In this document: positions 48,901-60,630 of the stretch, in pieces
Layout: each line of letters starts with the position of its first letter
Numbering within the stretch: the stretch's first letter is position 1
From: Squalus acanthias
Taxonomy: Eukaryota
Assembly: GCA_030390025.1 (NCBI GenBank)
Contig: CM059435.1
Span: 66,030,001-66,094,000 of the forward strand
Reading direction: 5' to 3'
DNA length: 64,000 nucleotides
Made by a program: the position numbers and the translations under genes
The notes under the pieces: model-generated
Databases searched by the model: none
What the model was told of the DNA's origin: nothing
What the model saw: the letters and a program-made list of their open reading frames with translations, nothing else

Positions 48901-49892
48901 TCAGAATTAATTGTACATCCTCCAACATTTATCTGTGAATATACCAAATCCTTTCTTGAAGCTTTGTTGCAGGTAACATTTTGTACAAGTAGAAACATTT
49001 TGTCAATCCAAGCAGCTAATTCCTTTGGAAATGTGGCTTTTTTTTTCTGGATCCGTCACTGAACTAGTGGCTAGTGGAATTGCAGTTGTTTCTTGACCAG
49101 AGTCCAATATCCAGTTCGAGTGCCAAACTGACTGGTTTTCTGTTCAAGGCATTGTCCTTGGGACAGTGTGTATATATACTTCTAAACTGTCTAGCAAAAG
49201 AAGTACTTTGCTGCCCTGCTTGAAGTACTGTGTAGGTTTTGGTCCTCTGTACCAAATTGAGAAGTGTGTTCTGGGGTACTAAGGATCACCTTTTATTCTA
49301 ACCGCCCCTAGATGGAGGTTTGATGGGGGGAAAAATAGGTTCCTGGGGTATGGCCTTCCTTTGAAAGAAATTCAGCTTGAGTAACTGCTCCTGATTTCCT
49401 ACCCCTTCATTCTATTGCCAGTACAGTGCTCTACATGAAACCTCATTGTGCAGATTGACTGCACAAGTATCCCATGTTGTTTTTCAGCATGTCCTTTCAA
49501 ACCCTTGATGCAAATATGAATGTGTCCAATAATAGGTTTTTTAAATGGGTAATTATCCAATCTAAAGCCAGTAAGTAGTAGCTGTATTTGAATTTGTAGA
49601 ATGATGTAGGAAGCAAAGCCTCTAAACAAATGGGTATTGAAAAATTGTTCAAATGGAAATAGAAGTAAGAGACAGTAAATGTACCATGGAGAGTCTTTCT
49701 GCTTTGCTTCTGAAAGGTGTCTCAACTGGCTTCTAAAGCCTAGTATGTAGTGAGCAGTGAAATGTTTTGATTTGGAGGGTGGGAAGAGAGGGTAAAGAAG
49801 TTTTTGGGGTTAAATTTTTTTTTTTTAAGATCACAGAAAATGTGGTATTGCCTTGTTGATGAGCAGAGTGGGAGATTTCTCAACCCCAACAG

Positions 49893-50479
49893 GTCCTATT
49901 TACTCGACGGCGGGGTGGAGCGATTCATCTCAGATGAGCAGTCCAGAACGAGACAATGAGCACTTCAACAGTGGGGATTCTGGACAAGGAGACTCCCGAA
50001 GCATTACTCCAGTGGATATGCCAGTGACCAGTCAAGCTGCCACCATCTTGCCAGTGCACGTCTACCCTCTCCCTCAGCAGATGAGAGTGGCCTTCTCCAC
50101 TGCAAGGACCTCTAACTTTGCCCCTGGATCCCTGGACCAGCCCATTATCTTTGATCTTCTGCTCAATAACCTTGGAGAAACGTTTGACTTTCAGTTGGGG
50201 AGGTTTACCTGCCCTGTGAATGGCACTTATGTCTTCATCTTTCACATGCTGAAGCTGGCTGTGAATGTGCCTCTCTATGTAAACCTGATGAAGAATGATG
50301 AGGTTCTGTGCTCTGCTTATGCCAACGACGGTGCTCCAGATCACGAGACTGCCAGCAACCATGCTGTTCTGCAGCTTTTCCAGGGAGATCAGATCTGGCT
50401 GCGATTGCATAGAGGTGCCATCTACGGTAGCAGCTGGAAGTATTCTACCTTCTCTGGATACCTCTTGTATCAGGACTGA
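49893..50479 (+). CDS. CAPRIN2: Caprin-2 terminal coding exon with C1q domain
   Basis: ccaacag|GT, phase 1; AGWSDSSQ.SSPERDNE...RVAFS.ARTSN...GSSWKYSTFSGYLLYQD* is the Caprin-2 C-terminus. Confidence 0.98.
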
Positions 50480-50773
50480 AAATGTGCTCCAATAGCTAAA
50501 ATGCTTTGCACTCTGATCACTGTATCTTTAAGGGTCACGATGTGAAGTGAGATGACTTGTTAAACTGTCACAGTGGTTTTCTGGAATTTGGGTTTGGGTT
50601 TGCACTGACTGGGCACTTTAACCTGTGATGCCTTGCTGGTAGAGCTGTGAATATATTTTGTTACAGAATGTTACGTCTTGCACTTGTCGGTCTAAGACAA
50701 CTTATGTGACTGTTCAAATGGATAGATTCCCTTCCCAAGATATCCTGCTATTTACAATGCCTCATGGTGCCTC

Positions 50774-50779
50774 AATAAA
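50774..50779 (+). promoter_or_regulatory. Candidate polyadenylation signal AATAAA
   Basis: First AATAAA about 295 nt after the stop, followed by a GT-rich stretch (tgttgatggttggtgtttt). Confidence 0.65.
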
Positions 50780-52049
50780 GATATTCTGCACTGTTGATGG
50801 TTGGTGTTTTGAATGGACTGTATAGCTGCTGAACTTTGCATTTTGAGGATTATGGAGTTGATACCTCTGCACAAAAAAAGTGAAGCACTGGTTTTCTGCA
50901 AACTTTCAATTTGAGTGTCAACTATCAGTGTCTGGTGTAATGTGTACTTGATGAATTTTTCCCAGTTTGCATCTTTTTAGCTTTGAAATGTCTCCTGACT
51001 TCTCTTTTTTTCTTGCCTCCTTTTTCTGTATTTTTATCCACTCCTTTCCCTGGAACTAACCTTGAGTTCAGCATTGTTGGAGAGCATTCTTGAACCTTCT
51101 CCTTGCCAATTAAGGGTTGATGGTCAGAGTATGATAGCTAACCAAGCAGACACTATCTTAATTTGACACATTGAGTCAAGATTTCCTCAAGTATCCTAAA
51201 GCAGCTTACAGAATGGGTTCACAATTTACTTGTGTGCAGAGAATTTTTTTTCTTCCCCACCAGCCCCCCCACACCATGACTTTTTTTTGTTAAAACTGAA
51301 ATTGCAGAAACTCTGAACCAGAGGCCAAAGATTCCCATTTTAACATTGGAGAATGCTTGCATTTCTCCATATAATTACTGAACAACTAACGATTGCATGC
51401 TTAAGTTTTCATTCAAAATGGGCATTCTGTGCATTGTTTTTCTACAAGATTAATTTGTGCACATGGTATTTTAGGAAAAGATTGAAAATCTAGATTTACC
51501 ATGCACTGAACCTACCTGTTTTATTGAAATCTAGCAGTGAAAAGGCTGGCTTTTAGTAGCTTTCCATGCCTCAGCCGATGAGAAACTTTCAAGTTTAAGA
51601 ATGGAATTAATGGTTCTCCCCTCTTACTTTCTCTATCTCCTGCCCCCCCCACCCCACCACTTTTTTGCTAAAGATGTACTATTTGCTTTCATACAACTAA
51701 CCTCTTCTGTCCAGTATATATTCAAACTCGTCCAAAGCACGTCAGCCCAGATCAGGTCACTTGGAGTAAGAACAAGAATGAGGTTGGATTTTTTTGTGGC
51801 TTTTGACCTACAGCTAAAGTCATCTGCCTGCTTCAGCTAAGACTGACTGCTTCTCTACATGTTGGCAACTTTTAAATCTTTTAGAAATTCAAGCTTCTTT
51901 TGGTAGGGGGGAGGGGAAGAGATGATCAACTCACACTAAACTTTGGAATGGAATTTACCATGCTCTGAGGAAAGTACCTGCCAAGTTAACTTGTTGAAAT
52001 TTTGGGTGGTTGCTCTCTTGCAAGTATTTTTGCTTTCCTATCACTCCTT

Positions 52050-55000
52050 TTTCTAATAACCTCTTTGCAGTAAGCACTAGTGGGGGTGGATTAGTTGCCC
52101 TGAAAGGACATGAGATTCTTTGGGATTCTCATGGAAAAGTAGGGGGGGTTGCAGATAATGGTGCTCTGGAATCCCTCACGGGGCACTTGGAAATCTTCCA
52201 ATTTCCTATTTGGGCAGTCCACCCCGAGCGTTAGGCTTGTTCCCTTTCAATAATGCTACACTCCATGACGTTCCTCTGCTGATTAGAAGGTTCTCCTTCC
52301 TCACCCCTCATTCCATGGAGGAAGTTCAAACCAATGTTCAGGTTAGATGGAGTGTTGCATGTTGTGAAGTACCATATGGCATCATACAATCTGATCCCTA
52401 CTTTTCAGTGCTAGTCCATTCCAAATTTTTCTAAATCTGTTTTCATGACTTGAACCATTTGTCCCTAATGTACTAAACATACAGGTAACCTGTTCTTTAA
52501 ATATTGACTAATGCATACAACCTGACTCTTGGAAGGTATTGTGGTCTTTAGGATGATTGAGCTCTCGCCTGGTGTAGGAAAATATCAGGACCCATCTTTT
52601 TAGTAAAGAATGCTATCCCTATGTTGGTCCAAAATGAGTGAATTGGGAGCAGTCACTAGTTCATGTTTGCAGACACTTTTTACTTGGCTGGATGGAGAAG
52701 TTGCTATCCTTTTTTGGAGAAAGGGGCTGTGTCCCATACAAGCTACATCTCCCAGTCTTTGGTTCATTTGCACATTATCTCATCACTTCATGTTAGAAGG
52801 AGCAAGGATACTTTTTAATCCCTCACTAAACCTTCAGCACAACCTAAAATGATGCTCTGATATTACCAAACTACATCTTATAATGGCAAACCTGTCACTA
52901 ATTGGCTATCAAAAGCACAATTGAGAATGTGGCTGGAGCTTGTGGTTCATCTCCTAGGCCATATAGACTTGAAATGTCTTTTTGCAAACTCTGATGTCCA
53001 TAGCATCTGTCCAGATCAGTCTTAACCATGGCACCTTGACTGCAAGTGCTGGTGCAGCCTTGGCATTCTGACACTGGGGTGAGGGGAAAAAGTTTTGAGC
53101 TGGGCAGGTTACCCAGACAGCTCATTAATTACTGTCACAGAAAAAGTTGGTGCTCTTAAGCCAAGTGTGAGCTTTGAGGCTGTGATGAGTTTGTGCGCCA
53201 TCTGTTTATAGGGCCTGGATTGCCTCAGAGCTGGTTTCTAACTCATTGTTGTGAAATGAGCAAGGACAACAGATTAGGCTTGATAGGTAGTCTGCTATCC
53301 GACTGCTTGAGGTGTCCTCTTTGCTAACTTGTTCCTTATTCCTACTTCTTCCTCTTGTTCTTTGTTCCTTCTCTTTATTCCCCCTTCCAAAAATACATGT
53401 GGACAGTATTGTGCTGAGGGTTCAAAATGGTGGAATTTACATATATGCCAAGAATATCAACACATTCTGGCTCTTATGCAAGATGAAAGCATTCAGAAGA
53501 TTGTGTCTTAGACTAGTTACTTTTCTGCAGATCACCTAGGCACTGCAGCTCAAACTCCTTTGCAGTAGATATAAATGTGTACTTCCAGCTCAATAGTTCT
53601 GGAACTTCAAGAATGATTTCTAGTTCAAATAAGTGAATATCAGCACAGCTGGTTGTCTTTTTCTTCCATCTCCCCCCTCCAGTATCTGCACCCAGGCATT
53701 CCAATGAAGGAAGATTCCCCTTCCCTATGGAGCATAACTGGAATTGCTGATGGATCATGCTGATGGATCATGCTGAGGTGCTCCAGAAAGTCCAACACTG
53801 CCCCTTTCTTCCCACCCACCCCGCTAAGGTTGCCCTGATCAACCAGTTATCCATTCACAAAGAAAGCTCTGTCAAGAAAGATGCTTGATGGAAACCCTGG
53901 GAGTGGGTAGCAGGTTGCTGATCTGGAACGTGAAGTTCCACTTGTGGACTTCTCTGCTCCAGCTGTGGAAGGAAGCGTCTCAGTTGTGATAAAGTAGGCT
54001 TGCAGCTACAATGCCTTGGTGATCTGTTGGAGGGTGTCCAGCTTGGATTTTTTTTTCTTCAGCATGAAGGAAAGTTCCAAAGAACACGTACACAATAACA
54101 TGCAAATCCAAAATTTGAAAATGTCGTTCAGCTTTGCAATGCTTGTATCTGCTCATTTGAGTGACCGGTAGAATTCAACCTTCTCCCACATCGATACCAA
54201 GCCTCATCTCTACTGAGAAGTTGTGATGCTTTTCAGTGGTGGATCTTCCTTCTTGGGCAGTCCCTCGGAACCGAGGATGACTTGCTTCCACATTAAAAAT
54301 GAGTTCGCAGGTGACTGATGAGTCCAATGCGGGACCTACAGTCTCTGTCACAGGTGGGGCAGACGGTGGTTGAAGGGGCAGGTGGGTGGGGTGCTTGGGT
54401 TGACGTGCGCTCCTTGCGCTTAGCTTCCGCTTGCTCCCGGCAAAGAGACTCGAGGTATTCAGCGCCTTCCTGAATGCTCCTCCTCCACTTTGTGTGGTCT
54501 TGGGCCAGGGATTCCCAGGTGTCGGTGGGGATGTTACACTTTTTCAAGGAGGCACCTCAAAGCACTGGAGAGGTACCACCAACGCTGCCACCGCAAGATC
54601 CTGCAAATCCATTGGCAGGATAGGCGCACCAACGTCAGTGTTCTTGCTCAGGCCAGCATCGAAGCTTTGACCACGCTCGATCAGCTCCGATGGACGGGTC
54701 ACATTGTCCGCATGCCTGATACGAGACTCTACTCGGAGCTCCGGCACGGCAAGAGAGCCCCAGGTGGGCAGAGGAGTGGTGGATACAAAGTGCTTGTACG
54801 TCAATTGGGTTGTAGTTCTTTTGACCAGGGCTAGCGTTGACTTATTTCCTATCTTTGAGGTGCCTGGGCAGAGTGATTGTGGAATCTACTGATTTGTTGG
54901 TTATAAATGGGTTAGCTCGGAGAATTTTAGGTAGACCGATTCACTTCAGCTATTTGAATGCCAGCGTTATGGTGAGGGTGCAGACTGACTACAGTAATTC

Positions 55001-55700
55001 TGTATATAAATAAGCGTGGTGACGCTCTGTCTTGTCTTAGTGCAGTTACACTACTGCTGTAGACTGAACTTCCTGGAACTGTGGGCTTGTTATTTTGTGT
55101 TCCAAGATGCAAGTCTTCAGCAACCCACCTCTAATTTGATTGTATGTCCAATTTGTACCGGGCGGGGTATTAAGGTCACTTCACTTAGTCTTCCTCAGTC
55201 TTTGTCATTAATTTAACCTCAACAAACAAATCTCTCTCCCAGCCTTTTCTATTGTTTCAGCATTCCTAGCCTTCCCCTTGGTCTGACCTGTTGTAGCTTT
55301 AGCTGTGATTTATTGAAAATGGCTTTGTACCAGTTTAATGATTTGGTGGTCTGTCTTTGGTCTCTGCCTCAGTTTAAGCCTGTAATATAGTGGAGTGGAC
55401 TTGCATGATCACTGAGGATGTGAATTTTCATAAGGGACAGTATCCCCGGTGATATTCTCCCCTGGGATGATGATGGTCGTTGCTATTTCTTTGTGGAGGT
55501 TGAACTTCTTGCCATCAGTGCTCGGTTGCTTACCATTCCCTCTTCGCACCGCCCCCCATGGACTTCAGCTAATGAGTAAATGTGGGTGATTGACCTTTTC
55601 GTCCAGTTTATCTTCTGCATGAACAGTACATGAGTCTGGGACTGAACTTTCTGGTCATATTTCCTTTGAAAGAAGATTTCACACGAGTGCAGACAACTGC
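52050..55700 (-). mobile_element. Decayed L1/Tx1-clade ORF2 remnant (host of the RTE insertion)
   Basis: Collinear degenerate motifs on minus: KNYNPI (~54800), LHAEEK (~54060), GGG..KK..SCADIHLF...VPELL (~53640), VLHN...TP (~52360). Confidence 0.5.
54245..54774 (-). mobile_element. RTE-clade LINE, 5'-truncated with 5' inversion and 10-bp TSD
   Basis: Minus part encodes WESLAQD..KWR...CPTCDRDCRSRIGLISHLRTH; plus part encodes LRWTGHIVRMPD...GKRAPGGQR; AGTGGTGGAT at 54235-54244 and 54775-54784. Confidence 0.93.
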
Positions 55701-55782
55701 ATAGATAACACGCCCAGTTCGCACATGGTTCAAACTATCTGAATTCACAACGTGGTACTTGCCTTGCAATACATAGATATCA

Positions 55783-56953
55783 GTACCTTCAGCTGCTGAG
55801 GCCCTAAGCTCTGGAATTCCCTCCCTAAACCTCTCCGCCTCTTTACACCTCTCCTTTTAAGACACTCCATAAAACCTAGTTTGGCCCGAGCTGGAGTATT
55901 GTGTCCAATACTGGGCACTACACTTTAGAAACATAGAAACTAGGAGCAGGAGTAGGCCATTCGGCCCGTCGAGCCTGCTCCACCATTCAATACGATCATG
56001 GCTGATCATCCAAATCCAGTACCCTATCCCTGCTTCCTCACACAGAATCCCCATCGAGCCTGCACCGACACATATCCCACCCTATCCCCGTAACCCCACG
56101 TATTTAATTCCCCCTAACATATCCCATCCTATCCCCGTAACCCCACATATTTAATCCCCCCCTAACACTAAGGGTCAATTTATCATAGCCAAATCAACCT
56201 AACCCGCACATTTTTGGACTGTGGGAGGAAACCAGAGCACCCGGAGGAAACCCACGCAGACACGGGGAGAATGTGCAAACTCCACACAGACAGTCACCCG
56301 AGGCTAGATTTAGGAAGGATGTGAAGGCTTTGGAGAGGGTGCAGAAGAGATTAACTAGAATGGTGAGGGATTACAGTTACATGGATAGACTCGAGAAGCT
56401 GAGATTGTTCTCCTTAGAGCAGAGAAGGCTAAGAGGAGATTTGATAGCGGTGTTTCAAATCACGAAGGGTTTAGATAGAGTAAATAAAGATAAACTATTT
56501 CCAATGCCTGAAGGGTCGATAACCAGAGGGCACAGATTTAAGGTGATTGGCAAAAGAACCAGAGGCAACATGAGGAAAAACTTTTTTATGCAATGAGTGG
56601 TTAGGATTTGAATGCACTGCCTGATAGGGTGGTGGAAACAGATTCAATAGTAGCTTTCAAAAGGGAATTGGATAAATACTTGAAGGAGAAAAAATTGCAG
56701 GGATATGGGGAAAGAGCAGGCGAGTGGGACTAACTGGATTGCTCTTTGAAAGAGCCGGCGCAGACGCGATGGGCCAAATGGCCTCTTCCTGTGCTGTACT
56801 AGTCTATGATTCTACCTCTTTGACCAAACTTTTGGTCACCTGTACTAACATCTACTTATGTGGCTTGGTGTCAAATTTTGTCTAATAACGCTCCTGTGAA
56901 ACACCTTTGGACGTTTTACTATGCTTAAGGCGCTATATAAATGCAAGTTGTTG
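55783..56953 (+). mobile_element. L2 3' end interrupted by a CR1 (about 55879-56810, +)
   Basis: L2 reads ...aaaaccta|cctctttgaccaa... once the CR1 is removed; CR1 [17 protein letters not shown]...GHRFKVIGKR. Confidence 0.88.
55929..56308 (-). mobile_element. HE1/V-SINE-like SINE with CR1-derived tail, nested in the CR1
   Basis: V-domain on minus (GTGTGGAGTTTGCACATTCTCCCCGTGTCTGCGTGGGTTTCCTCCGGGTGCTC); TTTAG duplicated at 55924-55928 and 56309-56313. Confidence 0.9.
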
Positions 56954-58153
56954 AGTGTCAGGTGCCAGTGCATTCCAAGCTTCTTCTGGAAAATTAATTT
57001 ACAATTCACTCACGCCTGTGGTCCTGGTGATAGTTTTCTTGATCTAAGAACATTCCGAATGAATGGATACCAGTTTGATCCATTTCAAACAGTTTTTGGT
57101 GGTGGGAGAATATTATGCACAACATTGTGTGATGGAAGCTTGCTTCTCATGGGTTGTAGTTGTGTAGGTTGATCTGATTTCCATCAAGATGTAAGCAAGG
57201 TTCAATTTCTTATTAGCTCCCATTGACTTGAGTTGGCGCCATTACCGTCATTTGAAATATATTTCGGAATGAATATTGACACCACTGTGTCAGCCAATGA
57301 GTTGAAGGGGGGGTGAGACTTGTAGTTTTAAAAACAGTGTCTCTGAACTCGTGACAAAACTACAGCAACGGAGTTTTCCGAGTACAGCAGGATTATTTGT
57401 CCAGCAAAATGCAGTGAGTGGAGGATAGTTACATAATACAAATTGATTATATCTCCAAGAGTAGTAGGGTAAGGTTGGTGTATTGCTTTATGACAAAGAT
57501 GCTAACATCTTCAACCTTGTGGAATCCACGGGTGTATACTGTAGACCCTTGGGGGCCAGATGCTTGAATCCACATTCCTATTCATTTGTATACGTCTCAA
57601 ACTGCAACTACTGACAGATCTTGGTCTGATTTCGGAATCATCCACTGATGGGGCAACGGTGCTAAAATGAGACATTCCCAAAATCTACAGGCCCATAACA
57701 TTCAAACCGGACAAAGCTGCAAATAAGGACTGTAAATGCTGTATGCTGCTTACGGGGTCAGGTTGGACACTCCCATCCAGTGGTATATAGCTGAGCCGTT
57801 GAACAATGAGAAAGCATAAAGCAGAGGTGTAAAGTTCCTTACAGGGGGAGGGAGGGAAAATAAACAGTTGAGCTTTCCACCTCACCTTGTGGAAAGGGAA
57901 AGAAGGCAGCTGAATAAATATTCCCCATCAGAAAGGGAATGGTGCACGGCAAATCGGCAGGACGGGGAGAAAATACCATTTTTAAAATCTGATTTCAATC
58001 GATTTAATTGTGCCATGTGCTAGAAAGCATCCGTGCCGGATCACACTGGATCTGTACCTCCGTTCGTAGAAATTGAAGGATTTTAAATGTTAATTGTAGG
58101 AACTGCAGTCGACTAAAACAAGGGCAATAACACAAAGCAGGAGGGAAATAATA

Positions 58154-58340
58154 GCAGTAAATGCCTCGAAACACTCAGCCGGTCTGGCAGCATGTGTGGA
58201 GAAAGGAAGGTATGGTGAACTAGTGCTGATGAAAGATCATTGACTTGAAACGTTAACCCTACCTTCCTCTCTCCACAGATGCTGCCTTACCTGGCTGAGT
58301 CTTTTCAGCATTTTCTGCTTTCATTTCAGATTTCCAGCGT
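58154..58340 (+). mobile_element. Penelope-like element remnant: inverted arms around a minimal hammerhead ribozyme core
   Basis: Arms 58154-58212 and 58260-58318 are imperfect reverse complements; the loop holds CTGATGA-N14-GAAACGTT. Confidence 0.7.
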
Positions 58341-58749
58341 CTTTTACAAAGCAGTTGGGATTTGGGCTGTGGTGCGGCAATCACTTGTCTTCAGATTGGC
58401 CTTCACAATGCATTGTTGAAAATTTCATATTCATGTTTGCTTGAAACTCCTTAACTGAATAATAGAATTTGTAATTAACGGTAAGAGATCTAATTTATTT
58501 AACGTTGCCACAAGTATTTTAAATTTCAGTGTAAAACCAGTATCGGCATCTGCGAATTTCTATTCTTGACTGCTAGTCGTGAAGAACATTCCAGCACCCT
58601 GTCTGGGCCCAGTTAGTTCATTCAGCTACGCTTTTTCCACTGGCGCAGAAACCCTTGTTCTGTAATCAGTTCTACGTATGTTCTTATTATAAATTAACAT
58701 TTCCTGCTCGGTACAGTCTGCACAATAATGTAATGCACTAGCTCCATCA

Positions 58750-59015
58750 TGCAAAAGAACCAGGGGGGAGATGAGGAGAATTTTTTTTTTTTCGCTGCGA
58801 TTTCTTATGGTCTGGAATGCACTGCCTAACAGGATGGTGGAAGCAGATTCAATAATAACTTTCAAAGGGAAATTGGATATATACTTGAAAAGGCAAGATT
58901 TGCAGGGCTATGGGGAAAGAGCAGGGGGGAGTGGGACTAATTAGACAGCTCTTTCTAAGAGCCGGCACAGCACGATGGGCTGAATGGCCTCCCCCCTGTG
59001 CTGTATGATTCTATG
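58750..59015 (+). mobile_element. CR1 3' end
   Basis: tggaatgcactgcct...atgggctgaatggcctcc...gtgctgtatgattctatg. Confidence 0.88.
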
Positions 59016-59399
59016 CAGTGGTGAAAACTGTTCAATTCAAACTGATGATTGAAGTCAACTTGCTCAGTTGGAATGCGGAGTACTGTGAAATTAGAGTAAA
59101 AATCCACAAGGCCGAGGTTTCCTCGTGCAGCTATGTTTTCAGTTCACTGCTTCTGATAGTCTGGTAGCAGTGTTGTCTCCGCTGCTTTACCTGTCCCTTC
59201 TTTCCTCTCTCTCTCACCCTCTTTTCAAAAAATACAGCTTCATATTTGCAACACTGATGGGAAGAATGGAAAATTGGTTGCGGTTTCACAGCTATTTTCA
59301 CTCTAGCAATCGATCAGAGTGTAATGTCTGCTTGCAGCACAGATTTAATCACTAGGTTTAATGAAAATCAGTGGTTTTGGTTCTAGACCTACTGAGCTT

Positions 59400-59610
59400 T
59401 ACATAGAATTTACACCACAGAAACAGGCCACTCGGCCCAACAGGTCTGTGCCCGTGTTTATGCTTCACACGAGCCTTCTCCCACCCTACTTCATCTCACC
59501 CTATCTGCATATCCTTCTATTCCTTTCTCCCTCGTGTACTTATCAAGCTTCCCCTTAAATACACCTATGCTATTCGCTTCAAGCACTCCATGTGATAGTG
59601 CGTTCCAGCT
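59400..59610 (-). mobile_element. CR1 3' end, same subfamily as 30810-31145
   Basis: catagaatttacaccacagaaacaggccactcggccc...agcttccccttaaat. Confidence 0.82.
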
Positions 59611-60125
59611 ATTGAACAAGCGACATGTGCATTACGCAACCAGAGACTTGGTACAGCTGGTAATAAGACTATGTGACAAACAACAGTGCCCCCTCGATTT
59701 CAGATGTCAATAAGTCGATAATTAACCTTCCTAAGACTTCCATACCTGCTGTTCATTTTGCATTGAAATCTTCATTTTCTTTACTAATCTATGGTGCTGG
59801 GAAGGAAGCATTGGTTTTGAAAAACAACAAAAAAAAGTATAAACTTTACATGTTCTTCATATAGATCTACACAGAATATTATATCACTTCGATTCGAACT
59901 GGCTGTATAACTGATTAATTGGATGGATTTCTAACTATTGTGAAAAGTTGAGGTTGATTGACACTGCGTTGATGATATGGTACAAGCAACGCATCACAGA
60001 AAGAAGGATGGTTGTTTAAACCAACCAATGTTCCGTGAAGAAAATGTGCATCTTTATATTGTGGCCAAGATGGTGCACAGACACCCAGTTACCGATACAT
60101 CTGAATTATAGGATGAAGCAGCTGT

Positions 60126-60630
60126 AAGAAAGAAAGACTTGCATTTATATATCACCTTTCACAACCTCAGGACATCCCAAAGCGCTTTACAGCCAATGAA
60201 GTACTTTTGAAGTGTAGTCACTGTTGTAATGTAGGAAACGCGGCAGCGAATTTGCGCACAGCAAGTTCCCACAAACATCCATGAGATAATGACCAGATAA
60301 TCTGTTTTAGGTATTGGTTGAGTGATAAATATTGGTCAGGACAGCAGGAAGAACTCCCCTGCTCTTCTTCGAAATAGTGCCATGGGATCTTTTACATTAT
60401 GATGCGGAGATGCCGGTGTTGGACTGGGGTGGACAAAATTGAGAGGTCGCACAACACCAGGTTATAGTCCAACAGTGATTTCAAATAAAACTGTTGGACT
60501 ATAACCTGGTGTTGTGCGACCTCTCAATCTTTTACATTCACAGAGCAGCGCTCCCTCAGTACTGCACTGGAGTGTCAGCCTAGATTATGGGCTCAAGTCT
60601 CTGGAGCGGGACTTGAACCCACGACCTTCT
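60126..60630 (-). mobile_element. Deu/SacSINE1-like SINE interrupted by a 130-bp insertion
   Basis: Same family as 10283-10703; B box complement ggacttgaaccc near 60609. Confidence 0.88.
60399..60528. mobile_element. Penelope-like short insertion with perfect 38-bp inverted repeat
   Basis: Arms 60438-60475 and 60491-60528; TSD CTTTTACATT at 60389-60398 and 60529-60538. Family assignment is from recollection of similar fish repeats. Confidence 0.75.

Noticed and set aside
49925-50410. 161-aa antisense ORF
   Set aside because: Shadow of the C1q coding exon.
52330-52440. Harbinger transposase-like IV.CHMVLHN motif on minus
   Set aside because: Fits better as the C-terminal part of the collinear L1/Tx1 remnant; no DDE context seen.
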